Below are positions 52,150 through 64,000 of a stretch of 64,000 nt of DNA, piece by piece. A model generated the notes under the pieces. That model was given only the letters and a program-made list of their open reading frames with translations, did not search any database and was not told where the DNA came from. The DNA is taken from assembly GCA_964016885.1 (NCBI GenBank), contig OZ024741.1, positions 34,286,001-34,350,000 of the forward strand, read 5' to 3'. The position numbers were made by a program, and so were the translations under genes. Within the stretch, counting starts at the first letter, position 1, and every line of letters begins with the position of its first letter. This stretch comes from Eledone cirrhosa (Eukaryota).

Positions 52150-52354
52150 TTTTTATATTTACATTACTCTATATATACTATTGTATTTTCACATAAAACA
52201 CTTTACTCACATAATATTGAATCTATGAGATTTTGATGTTATTTATTTTGAGTACAATACCTTAACATCAGTATGAGCAGCCAGGTACAGCCAGATTGAA
52301 CAGAAAGAGGGGAGAGAATTCTGGCCGGGTATGGCCAGTTTAAATGCTAAAGGG
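52150..52354. mobile_element. piggyBac-type MITE, family 1 (left end decayed)
   Basis: Homologous to 31787-32007; ends TAAATGCTAAAGGG|TTAA. Confidence 0.8.
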
Positions 52355-52689
52355 TTAAATGTGAACTCTTTAATATGGGCTGTATTGGCATTGAGTTGTA
52401 ATGAGGTTGTTGGAAGTTGGTTTTGTGGGACAAGATTAGTGATGGGTGTGTTGGTATTGAAACAGTTGCAGTTTGATAATGTTTATCTTCCCCATTTGGT
52501 GGCTGTTGTAGTCTGGTTACATATGTCAGGTTTGAGAGGATGGGTAATTCATGTTTGGTTTGCTGAATTTGGAGGGTGAGTAAGGTTTGGTTTGGCAGGA
52601 GTCATGTGTACAGGTTGGTGTTTAGTTTAGGGTGTTTGCTGAGAGTTAGTAGACTGATTGGAGCAATAACAGGCTTATTTACTTGTGTC

Positions 52690-52720
<31 letters not shown>

Positions 52721-52975
52721 CTAGGGAGTGTAACTTGGAGTTACTGTAGGTTCACCCGGGTAAACACTCGATGTTTAGGTTCTCTTCTGTGTCGAGGTGT
52801 AGAGCTATACAGAGTGTATTATTCAATATATATATATATATATATATTTCCACAAAATACATATAGTTAGCACCCCAAACACAAAATTGGGATTATACTA
52901 AAGTATATCCTAATGTTTGTTGAGTGAGATGGTAGCCAGTCAGAGTTTAGCTTAAAGCTATCTCTGTTATTGTAT

Positions 52976-53031
<56 letters not shown>

Positions 53032-53034
53032 GTA

Positions 53035-53203
53035 TGTAGAAGGTAAACAGAAATAACAACACAAACAGTACAGTATATTGAAGGAATATATTAGTTTAAT
53101 GCTTAAAATAGCAGGAAGAGAGTCTTAACGTTTTGGATGCTAGTCCTTCGTCTAAAGAAGGAATGAGAAATTAGAAAGATTGAAGGGACGGGCAGGGCGG
53201 AAT
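53035..53203 (-). mobile_element. Penelope-like terminal fragment, family B, copy 2
   Basis: Minus strand tctt-TAGACGA-a.gga.ctagca.tcc-AAAA-cgtt-aaga; aligns with 22315-22490 over ~170 bp. Confidence 0.6.
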
Positions 53204-53228
53204 ACACACACACACACACACTAATGCA

Positions 53229-53265
<37 letters not shown>

Positions 53266-53522
53266 CACCTTTCTTGTACTGAAGAGTAGATTTTTGTGTG
53301 TCTCATAGTTTGACATGGACACATCGTGGAGATAAATAATGTATATACCCATAACTGTGTGTGTATATATTCATACACACACACACATATATATATGCAC
53401 ATATAGATACGCATGCATCTGTATGTGGTACATATATTACCCATCCAACAAATGTTAGTATGAAAAAAGTGTACAATAGTGAAATATATATATATATATA
53501 CACAGTTACGTGTATCTATATA

Positions 53523-53558
<36 letters not shown>

Positions 53559-53886
53559 CACACACACACAGTTACGTGTATCTCTCTCTCTATATATAGT
53601 AACTATACATCACTCACAAACACCCCCCCCTTCTACATACAAGGTATTTCAGTTTTCCAAGGGAACCCAAAGAATAAAGGAAAGGGAGTAAGAGGTACTC
53701 TGGGATCCCAAATAATAGGGGTGGGGAGAAATCAGTAATTTTTCTAGGTTGTCCTTGTTTATCTTATTTTAAAAACCAGAATTAGTCGTTTAGTTTACAT
53801 ATTGAAACCCCAACCCATTCTATTTATTTTATAGCGTATAGGGTTACTAGTAATGTACTTTTTCTGTCATGTATAATGTGTTTTAA

Positions 53887-54107
53887 CGCTTTAGTATTTA
53901 CATTACTTTATATTTGCTATTGTATTTTCACGATAAACACTTTATCTCACATAATTAACTCACATAATATCGAATCTATGGGATTTTGATATTATTTATT
54001 TTGAGAACAATGCCTTAACGTCAGTATGAGCGACCAGTTACAGCTGGTTTGGACAGAAAGTGGTGAGAGAATTCTGACCGGATATGGCCAGTTTAAATGC
54101 TGAAGGG
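53887..54107. mobile_element. piggyBac-type MITE, family 1
   Basis: TTAA on both sides; inserted in a repeat (53693-53886) whose uninterrupted homologue is at 20095-20315. Confidence 0.85.
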
Positions 54108-54574
54108 TTAATATGTAAAGAAAGATTTCACCGTAGAGAGGGAGCAGACCCAAGAATAGTTTATTAGTGACCAAGTTGAAGAATATTTAACTAACAGTAT
54201 CCATCCTTGGGTTATTCTCATCTCTCATTTCTCCTCCTCTTTTCTTTCTTTTTTTCCTGTTTAAGTTGTTGTTGTTCTTATTAATGCTCTCTATAATATT
54301 GCTTCTAATTAGCTCTCTATCTTTCTCTCTCATGCTCTCACCTTAATTAACAATGTGACAACAATTTCTTGTCCTTTTGTCATACCTGATGGTAACCTAC
54401 TAATACTTGTGTGTTGGTGAGGACCTGCAGAGATCTAAGTGGATGTGTTGTGGGTTGTGTGTGCTATGGAGTGTGTGTGTGTGTATGACATCATTCCGTG
54501 AGGAGATGGGAATGAGTGTGTGTGGGAGGGAGTAGCCTGACATTGCATCATATCATGGATTCTTGCATTAATAC

Positions 54575-55102
54575 TCTCTCTCACTCATTCTCTCTCTCTC
54601 TCTCTGGCTCCTCCTCTCTCTCTCTCTCTGGCTCCTCTCTCTCTCTCTCTCTCTCTCTCACTGGTTCCTCTCCCCTCTCTCTCTCTCACTGGTTCCTCTC
54701 CCCTCCTCTCTCCCTGTCTCTCCGCTCTCTCTCTCTGTCTCTCCGCTCTCTCTCTCTCTCTCACTGTCTCCTCTCTCTCTGTCTCTCTGCTCCCTCTCTC
54801 TGTCTTCTCTCTCTCTCCCCTCTCTCCTCTATGTCCCCTCTCCCTCTCCTCTCCTCTATGTCCCCTCTCACTCTCTCTCCTCTCTCTCTCATCTCTCTCT
54901 CCTCTCCTCTCTCTCTCCTCTCTCTCTCCTCTCTCTCTCCTCTCCTCTCATGCTCTCTCTCTCCGCTCTCTCTCCTCTCCTCTCTCCTCTCCTCTATATC
55001 CCCCCTCTCTCTCATCTCCTCTCTCCTCTCCTCTATGTCCCCCCTCTCTCTCTCATCTCTCCTCTCCTCTCCTCTCCTCTCCTCACTCTCACTCTCTCTC
55101 TC
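54575..55102. repeat. CT-rich tract
   Basis: Direct reading. Confidence 0.95.
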
Positions 55103-56162
55103 AATTTTTCCATTGATTTTTTTCTTTTTATTACATAACAAAATTTCTCCCCTCCAACAGTAGGCTGTGTGTGTGTGTGTGTGTGTGTGTGTATTTTCAG
55201 TGTTTCTAGTATGTGTGGTGCGTGTGTATTTTGTAGTTATCATACCTGTATGGTCTTGTGTGATTTATCTGTGTCATACCTGTGTATGTCTGTTGTGAGA
55301 GACTTTATATATATATATATATCTATATATATATATATATATAGGGAGAGAGAGAGAGATTGTAGTATAGATGTGTTGTGGTGTGTATGATACTGTACTA
55401 TTGTGTGTATATATGTACATATGTCTGTATTAATTCTTTGAAATCTTTCCCTAAATAAGAGGCTGGTTTCTAACAAAGATACAGGGCTCCACCACTGGAA
55501 TATCAATAGATACATGTTGAATTTGAGAAAAGTCTTCCATATTGTTACTGTTCCCCTTACAGATTTTATTTTCAGAGTATATCCAGTTTAGAACAGGTAC
55601 GTGACTACAAAGATGTCAGGAAGGGTATAACGCTGTAAAATATTGCCTCAAAAAGTCCCATTCGACCCATGCCAGCATGGAAAAGTTGATGTAAAAACAA
55701 TGATGATGATGATAATGATGATAGATGGCTTTTTTCTTCACCTGAAGAGCCCAGCTTTTCCAGATTATTACATAAACACTTAGTCACAGAACATATCTTC
55801 CTAGGATTATGAATAAAAATGTGTGTATATATAAATATATATATGTAAATTTCGCCAAACAAAGGGTTGTGAGGACCCTCAGTTGTGTCAAAGACATGAC
55901 AACCATTCCTATGCACTCGGTAGAAAATGAGACTATACATAAGCGAGAAGACAGATCCTTGGCCTGTCTAGGAGATCAGTAGCTCCACTTCAGTACTTGT
56001 ATGACCTATATAGACCCATCCAACCTTTGCTAGCAGAGAAAGTGGATGTTAAAACGATGATGATGATATATCCATATGTGCAAAACATGGTCAGCTGACC
56101 TGACTTCTCTCATAACATGACAACCCGTCTAACCCATGCAAGTGTGGAAAAATAGACATTAA

Positions 56163-56392
56163 CCCTTTTGTGACTGCATTTCTAATGAAATATACTCTAT
56201 TTCAATTAGTAAATGAAGAATTTTGAGGGATTTACTAAAATTATCAATTATATCATTACTAAGATAGTAACTTAATGTAAGGTTCTTATATAAGATTATG
56301 TTGGATGATTTTAATTTAAACTGGAAACCTTTAAAATGGGTGATTTTATTTCATAGAACCAGAGCCAGTTTTGGCTGGTTTGGTAACAAAAG
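56163..56392. mobile_element. piggyBac-type MITE, family 2
   Basis: TTAA|CCCTTT start; the homologue at 60810-60995 plus 61431-61457 ends AAAGGG|TTAA and is split by an RTE insertion. Confidence 0.65.
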
Positions 56393-56739
56393 TAGATGTT
56401 AAACAATGATGATGATGATATAGAGCTCTTCTACATAGGGTAATGAGGACTCTTGTTGAGGACAAAACCCCTCTAGTGCTGGTGCCATGATAAAATGTAT
56501 CAAGTACATTTAATAAAGAGTTTTAGAAACCAAGTTGAATATGTTGGACCGCTGAACTGTTTTGATAGGCAGTAGCTCCTGAATAAGAACTGAATCAGAT
56601 GGTAACAGCCCATGCTAACATGGAAAGTGTACATAAAATGCTGATTATGATGATGTCTATACGTGCTGTGGTTTGTATGATGCTGTACTTGTGTGTATAT
56701 ATGCCTATGAGATACGCAGCAATGTGGTGTGTAAGAGAT

Positions 56740-57517
<778 letters not shown>

Positions 57518-57770
57518 TGTTCTGAATGTTCTACTCCCGCTACTCCTCTCATGTTGCAGCACTGTTGCATTTTGCTTGCTTCATTACTCTGATTTTTAAA
57601 ATTCTATGTTATTTTTTTCATTGTTTTCAATTTTTCATCTTTCATGTACATCTGTATATATATATATGTGTGTATATATTTCTGTGTATATATTTCTGCA
57701 TGCTCTGCTGTTTGACATTTGCAATTTTCTATGCTGCATGATTATACAACATTTTAACCTATTATATCAT

Positions 57771-57822
<52 letters not shown>

Positions 57823-58354
57823 TAATATATACATATATATGTGGATTTTTGTATATATATACATGTGTGTGTAATATATATATATATATATATATATATG
57901 CATGAATATTCTGATGTTTTATGAAAATGTCTAATGTTGATGTGACACGGTGAGAATGTTAGTTATTTATCTCTGAAGAAGATGGAAAACAACAGCAGCA
58001 ACAACAACAGCAACATTTCTATAGCAGAGGGGTGGGGGAGGTGTTGTAATTTGGATTGAACTGACATTTTCACCACCAGCCACCATTGCACACATCTCAA
58101 GTGATGTTGTTGTTGGTGTTTATTTAACAAGTATTATGTATGTGTTTAGATATATATACATATACATAATATATACACTCACATAATATATACACACACT
58201 AATGTATGTGTGACTATATATGTATGTAAAAAGTAAAGAGAAATATCAAAGGACATAGTATAATGAAAAAATATATTAGTTTAACACTTGAAATAACAGG
58301 AAAAGAGTATATATATATACACACACACATATATATATAATATAATATAATGAT

Positions 58355-59478
58355 ATAATATAATGAAATTATTGTGTAAAGTTCTCAGGTGCACTACAAC
58401 TTGACAAAGGTGGATGTATAGTACATAGAATAATACACAAATGTCAGGGAAGTGAATAGTGTATGCAGTGTCTCGACAGCTAACAACTGATGCAGGTAGT
58501 TTGTTCCATGCTTCAGCAACTCTGAGCGTGAAAAAATGTTTCCGAAAGTCATGGGAACTGTACTGTTTTCTGACTTTGTGGGCATGCCCACGTGTGTTAG
58601 ACACATGGAAATCAAAAAGGTACTCAGGGTTGTTGTTGGCAAGATGGTTAACAATTTTGTGCGTGTTTACCAAGTCAGTTGCCAGGCGTCAGAGCTTCAA
58701 TGTATCCATGCCTAGGGAAGCAAAGCGCTCAGAGTATGGTAGATGCCTGATGGAGGGTATTCGCTTGGTTGCACGTCTCTGAACAGTTTCCAGGCAGTCA
58801 ATGTTCTGAGCAAGATAGGGGTTCCAGACTGGTGATGCAAATTCTAAATGTGGCCGCACCATAGCCATGTACAGCCTTAAATAGATATCTGGAGAGCGGC
58901 TGACAAAGGTCCCGCTGAGTGATGCTAAGATACCCTCAGCCCTCTTGACAATTTTAAAGACGTGCATCGTCCAACGCAAATCGCTGCTGACCGTAATGCC
59001 CAGGTCACGTCCACAAGAAGACTTCTTGATATTAGTGCTGTGGAGGGAGTATGTGGACGCTGGGTTTTTACTCCCAAAATGCATGGTGGTGCACTTGTCC
59101 ACAGCTAGCTTGAGTTGCCAGTCTGAGATCCATTGTTGCATTGTGTCCAGGTCAGACTGCAAGCAAGATCTATAGTGTTCAGGATCTGTCCTTTTTATCT
59201 CAAGGTACAGCTTGATGTCATCTGCATATTTCAGTACTGTGGCATTCTTTAAGTTGGCATCTATGTCATTAATATATGCCACAAACAAAAGGGGGCCAAG
59301 AACAGATCCCTGTGGTACACCAGATGACATCTCATATGGTGAGGAATGCTGTCCCAGAACCGTGACTACCTCTCTTCGATTGAGAATGAGGGACTTCAAC
59401 CAGTTAAAAAGATCATCCTTCACACCCATTGCAGAGAGTTTTGCCATAAGCCTTTTGTGTGGCACAGAATTGAAAGCT
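58355..59478 (-). mobile_element. 5'-truncated CR1 LINE, second copy
   Basis: AFNSVPH...GVPQGSVLGPLLF...KYADDIKLY; premature TGA near 58689; same family as 41445-42658. Confidence 0.95.
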
Positions 59479-59483
59479 TATAT

Positions 59484-59569
<86 letters not shown>

Positions 59570-59614
59570 AGAAACACACAGATACATGCGGACACACATA
59601 ATATATATATATAT

Positions 59615-60346
59615 AGATGTTGTTTACTCGAGAGAAGGCTACGTTGGTATGGTCACATGATGCGCATGAAGGACGATAGCTGTATAACAAAGTGCAGGGC
59701 AATAAAGATAGACGGTAGCCACGGAATAGGCAGACCTAGAAAAACCTGGGACGAGCTGATAAATTCCGACCTCACATACTTACACCTCACCAAGAAAATG
59801 TCACTGGACCGAGACCTTTGGCGGTTCTCAGTAATAGAGAAGACCCGCCTTACCTAAATACAAAGTAAAACCTACTACAGTCAGTAGGCATCTCTAACAA
59901 AATACAGCCCCGTCCCACCACCCCCACCCCATCCACACCGCCCCTTTCAATGTAAAGGCCGAAACAAATGAGATCGTGTAGTGTCACGTCAAAAAAAGAC
60001 ACACAGTTCACGCTGTAATGTGGCCGTGTAGGCAACACGGTAAAAACCTCCCAGCCCCACACTGTAAATGTGGTTGGTGTTAGGAAGGACATCCAGCTGT
60101 AGAAAACCCGCCAGACAGTCCACGCTGTAATGTGGCCGTGTAGGCAACACGGTAAAAACCTCCCAGCCCCACACTGTAAATGTGGTTGGTGTTAGGAAGG
60201 ACATCCAGCTGTAGAAAACCCGCCAGATAGTCCTATGCGAGCAAGATAATCACTCTTGCCTCAAGTGGGAAAACCCCCGTCCAAACCCATGCAAGCGTGG
60301 AACACGGACGTTAAACGTTGATGATGATGATGATGATGATGATGAT
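59615..60346 (+). mobile_element. RTE 3' end (ORF C-terminus plus long UTR with 112-bp internal duplication)
   Basis: ERRLRWYGHMMRMKDDSC...KTRLT*; duplicated unit at 60009 and 60121. Confidence 0.93.
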
Positions 60347-60449
60347 ATGTATATATATATATATAAATAGTATGATTAAAATTCCATACTTAACATGTAT
60401 GCGCAACCTTAGGTTTTGGGGTCCGATAATGGCCCCAAAGTCACTCACG

Positions 60450-60506
60450 TTAATTGTATGAAACTTTATGCTAAATAAGCTCTCTTGCAGTAGATTGAGC
60501 ATTGTT
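60450..60506 (+). promoter_or_regulatory. SECIS-like hairpin (candidate) in a (TA)n-embedded module
   Basis: ATGA-N11-AA-N22-GA with an AAG/CTT mini-stem; helix II is imperfect. Confidence 0.3.
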
Positions 60507-60545
60507 TTCCTTGACATTTTACCTACGGGTCTCCTGCATACATAC

Positions 60546-60610
<65 letters not shown>

Positions 60611-60995
60611 AGTGGTCAAGGCGACATAATTCATTTATTTATGATTAATGAGTAAAACAACAATTAATTTTTATATCTTTGAAACATTGGTTATAAGAGG
60701 GAACCTGAAAATGTTTTAGATATCTTCATTTCAAATATTCATACACTCTGAAGGTAAGGTGAAACGAGTTTTTTTTAATTTTCTAATTTAGTCACACATT
60801 ACACTTTCACAGCCATATTTCTAATGAAATACACTCTATTTTAATTAATTAATGAAGTATTTTGAGAGATTTACTAAAATTATTTATTATTTCATTACTA
60901 AGGTTGTAATTTAATGTAAGGTTCTTTTAGAAAATTCTGTTGGAAGATTTTAATTTAAATTGGAAGTCTTTAAGATGGGTGGTTTTATTTCATAG

Positions 60996-61430
60996 ACCCA
61001 AGAAGACCTGGGATGAGGTGATAAAAGCCGACCTTACCCAATTACACCTCTCAAAGGCGATGACACATGACCGTGACCTCTGGCGTCACGCAGTAATACA
61101 GAGTACCCGACCCCCCACAGGTACAAGCCGAAGCTGAAGCATATAGACAATATGCCCCCAAATTCTCCCACTGCAAAGTGGTCGTGGAGGTGCCACGGCA
61201 AAAAAGCACCCAGCCCACACTGTAAAGTGGATGTGTAGGCGCCACGAAAAAAAAGCACCCAACACTCACTGTAAATGAGGTTGGTGTTAGGAAGGGCATC
61301 CAGCTGTAGAAATCAAGCCAGAATCAGTTCTCGTATGAGCAAGACAAGGTCAGCCGACCGGACACTGCCCACAACAGGACAACCCATGCTAGCGTGGAAG
61401 AACGGATGTAAAACCGTGATGATGATGATG
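60996..61430 (+). mobile_element. RTE 3' end (long-UTR lineage)
   Basis: RPKKTWDEVIKADL...STRPPTGTSRS*, UTR and tail; matches 32551-32970 in reverse. Confidence 0.92.
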
Positions 61431-61795
61431 GATTTGGCCAGGCTAGTAACTAAAGGGTTAAATGTTGATGATTAGTTTGTGAGAAGTGCTGGGCTTAGCA
61501 GGGATTTCAAAGAGGGGTTTTATGTACAGGTAGGTAGGTGTTCACTTCAGCTTTGCCCTCATCTCTTTTCTATCTCCTATAGATTTTTTTTCTTATGTAC
61601 TACCCAAAGTATTCAGAACTAGTTGTTCATTAGGACACATTTCTCACCTGATGGCCTACAACCATGTTGGATCTTTATCAAGAGATATTTGACAAGATTG
61701 TACAAATTTGGGCAAATGGTTAAAGGACAACATGGCAAAAACCAAATTGTTAGTTAGTAAGAGAGAGAGAGCTTAAAATTCTTATCAGTTAGGAA

Positions 61796-62050
61796 ATGAC
61801 GGGTTTTGACCAAGGGGACAGCAAAAAGCCAGACGGTATGACTTTCTTCCTGTTCCGCAGTGGTAAACCCCTCATTCCAGATAACACATGCAGTGACACT
61901 TTCTCCAGCGGCAACCTGGTGAAGTCTGCAACTAATCCAGGCTCTGCTGCACTTCGAGCCGAGGAGGGTAGACTCCAAGTATCAGACGAACCTGTAGCAG
62001 TGGAGACTTCTGGTGTCCTTAGCCTTAGGACCACCTCCAGCACAGAGTTA
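61796..62050 (+). mobile_element. CRE-like non-LTR element, restriction-like endonuclease fragment
   Basis: GDSKKPDGMT...GKPLIPDNTCSDT...PGSAALRAEEG...PVAVETSGVL resembles DGKRPDG..W..GKPLVWDxT..DT..E..K..KY..P.AVET.G. Confidence 0.75.
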
Positions 62051-62494
62051 GCTACACAATGGCTTCCATCTATAGATAGATACATCTGAAGAGAGTTGGT
62101 AGGTAGCCAATATTGTATCATTAGTATGTTGATTGATAGATATTCTGTCAATCTTCAATTGTAGCCATCTCAAAAGAACCGGCAAAGGTCAGAAGCACTA
62201 CATCTCATGGCCAAGTCCTCCTCTCCCTCTCCTAAAAAACGAGAAATAAATAAAAACATTGGATAAATGGAAGTTTTTGTAATGTAATCTCTAAAAGACT
62301 TACAGAGAAGCTGGACTTCATTTATTAATTAGCAGGATTCATTTACTGATAACAAAGAAGTATTAATTACCAACTGAGAAACAAAGTGGAAAATGATAGT
62401 GTCATTTAGAGGAGTGACTTAAGTTGATACAGTTTTCAAATAAAATATACAATTCACAAAGTATTATAGAGATAGTTAGAATGATATGAATGAT

Positions 62495-62865
62495 GGTTTC
62501 TGATGTAGGCACAAGGCCAGCAATTTTTTTTGGGGGGGAGGGTAAAATCAATTAAATCAACCCCAGTGAGTGACTGGTATTTTATTTTATTGACCCTGTA
62601 AAGATAAAAGGCAAAGCTAACCTTGGTGGGATTAGAATTCAGAACATAAATAAATGGCTCTACTGATTATGCCAATCCTTGTTTCCACTTTTGGCACAAG
62701 GCCAGCAATTACCCAGTGCATTACTGGTACTTTATTTTATCGACCTCGTAAGGATGACAGGCAAAGTTAACCTCGGCGGGATTTGAACTCGGATCGTAAA
62801 AGCCCGTAACTCCATGCTGCAAACCATGGTGTCCGACCCTCTAACGATACTGCCAATCCACCGAT
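62495..62865 (-). mobile_element. two tandem tRNA-derived SINEs, same family
   Basis: Central block at ~62575 and ~62725. Confidence 0.85.
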
Positions 62866-62919
62866 GGTAATAATGATAGCAAGTATCATCACCCTAATGA
62901 TGACTATTAGATGAAACTT

Positions 62920-63103
62920 AAGGGTCAGTCCACTTCATAGTCTCGGCAGACAGTACAGAGAAGACATTGTCCTAGAGGATGGCGAGGGAAATGTGCTGGA
63001 ACAGCCATTCCACTTCGTGGGGCTTGCACTTGTGGGTAGTCAACTGTGTCCCAATAGCAGTATGTAGGGACGTGGTTCAGGGGTCAAGAATGCCAGGACT
63101 CAC
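62920..63103 (-). mobile_element. CRE-like element extreme C-terminus
   Basis: GILDP*TTSL...EVEWLFQHISLAIL*DNVFSVLSA resembles the FLxQRISIAIQRGNAxS(I/V)L terminal motif. Confidence 0.7.
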
Positions 63104-63138
63104 ATATATATAAACATACATATATATATATATATATA

Positions 63139-63830
63139 TGTAAAGTTATGTTGGTGCCGCGCCATCCGGGCCGAAACAAATGAGATCGTGTAGGTGTCAC
63201 GACAAAAAAACACACAGTCCACGCTGTAATGTGGCCGTGTAGGCAACACGGTAAAAACCTCCCAGACCCACACTGTAAATGTGGTTGGTGTTAGGAAGGG
63301 CATCCAACTGTAGAAAACCTGCCAGACAGTCCTATGCGAGCAAGACAATCACTCTTGCCTCAAGTGGGACTACCCCCGTCCAAACCCATGCAAGCGTGGA
63401 ACACGGACGTTAAACGTTGATGATGATGATGATGATGATATATAAAGTAAAACCTACTACAGTCAGTAGGCATCTCTATCAAAACACACCCCCGTCCCAC
63501 CACCCCCACCCATCCACACCACCCCTTCCAATGTAAAGTTATGTTGGTGCCACAACATCCAGGCCGAAACAAATGAGATCGTGTAGGTGTCACGACAAAA
63601 AAAACACACAGTCCACGCTGTAATGTGGCCGTGTAGGCAACACGGTAAAAACCTCCCAGCTCCACACTGTAAATGTGGTTGGTGTTAGGAAGGGCATCCA
63701 GCTGTAGAAAACCCACCAGACAGTCCTATGCGAGCAAGACAACCACTCTTGCCTCAAGTGGGAAAACTCCCGTCCAAACCCATGCAAGCGTGGAACACGG
63801 ACGTTAAACGATGATGATGATGATGATGAT
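63139..63830 (+). mobile_element. two head-to-tail RTE long-3'UTR copies (63139-63438, 63443-63830)
   Basis: Each ends acggacgttaaacg(ATG)n followed by (TA)n. Confidence 0.92.
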
Positions 63831-63876
63831 ATATATATATGTATATATATGTTCATTCTGTCATTACTAACACAGA

Positions 63877-63985
63877 GGTCTGACGAGCTTTTGAGTCGGG
63901 CCAAATCGATACAGATCGAACCTTGAGCTGATCAGTAGCAAAACGCGCATCACCAACCAATAAATGTAATGAAGGATTAACCATA
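63877..63985 (+). mobile_element. Penelope-like terminal fragment, family A, copy 2 with hammerhead motif
   Basis: ggt-CTGACGA-gct...agc-AAAA-cgcgc-ATC-acc, then AATAAA. Confidence 0.65.
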
Positions 63986-64000
63986 GGGTCAGACATGCTT

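Noticed and set aside
53278-53350. Further hammerheads at CTGAAGA sites (also 55742)
   Set aside because: No properly placed GAAA/UH and no convincing stems.
61789-62085. Minus-strand terminal exon after a ctcttcag acceptor (MYLSIDGSH...)
   Set aside because: The opposite strand matches a retroelement endonuclease, which explains the open frame better.

Overview
This is AT-rich, repeat-saturated animal genomic DNA, either intronic or intergenic. The SINE/LINE repertoire and microsatellite load look like an octopus (cephalopod) genome, which is an inference. No host protein-coding gene, RNA gene or CRISPR array can be supported. Almost all long ORFs are translations of micro- or minisatellites. 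The recognisable content is a layered graveyard of retroelements: RTE (three lineages, two with a PHD-like Cys/His finger inside the RT), CR1-group, L1/Tx1, R4/Dong-like and CRE-like restriction-endonuclease fragments, and tRNA-derived SINEs. It also holds Tc1/mariner-, hAT- and piggyBac-type MITEs with target-site duplications, and several minisatellites, one clearly born inside a LINE ORF2. The most interesting signal is a set of short (100-200 bp) structured modules embedded in (TA)n tracts: two families with Penelope-type type I hammerhead ribozyme cores, one SECIS-like hairpin, and a family of terminal-hairpin elements that conserve structure more than sequence. All calls were made by eye, and boundaries are approximate unless a TSD fixes them.
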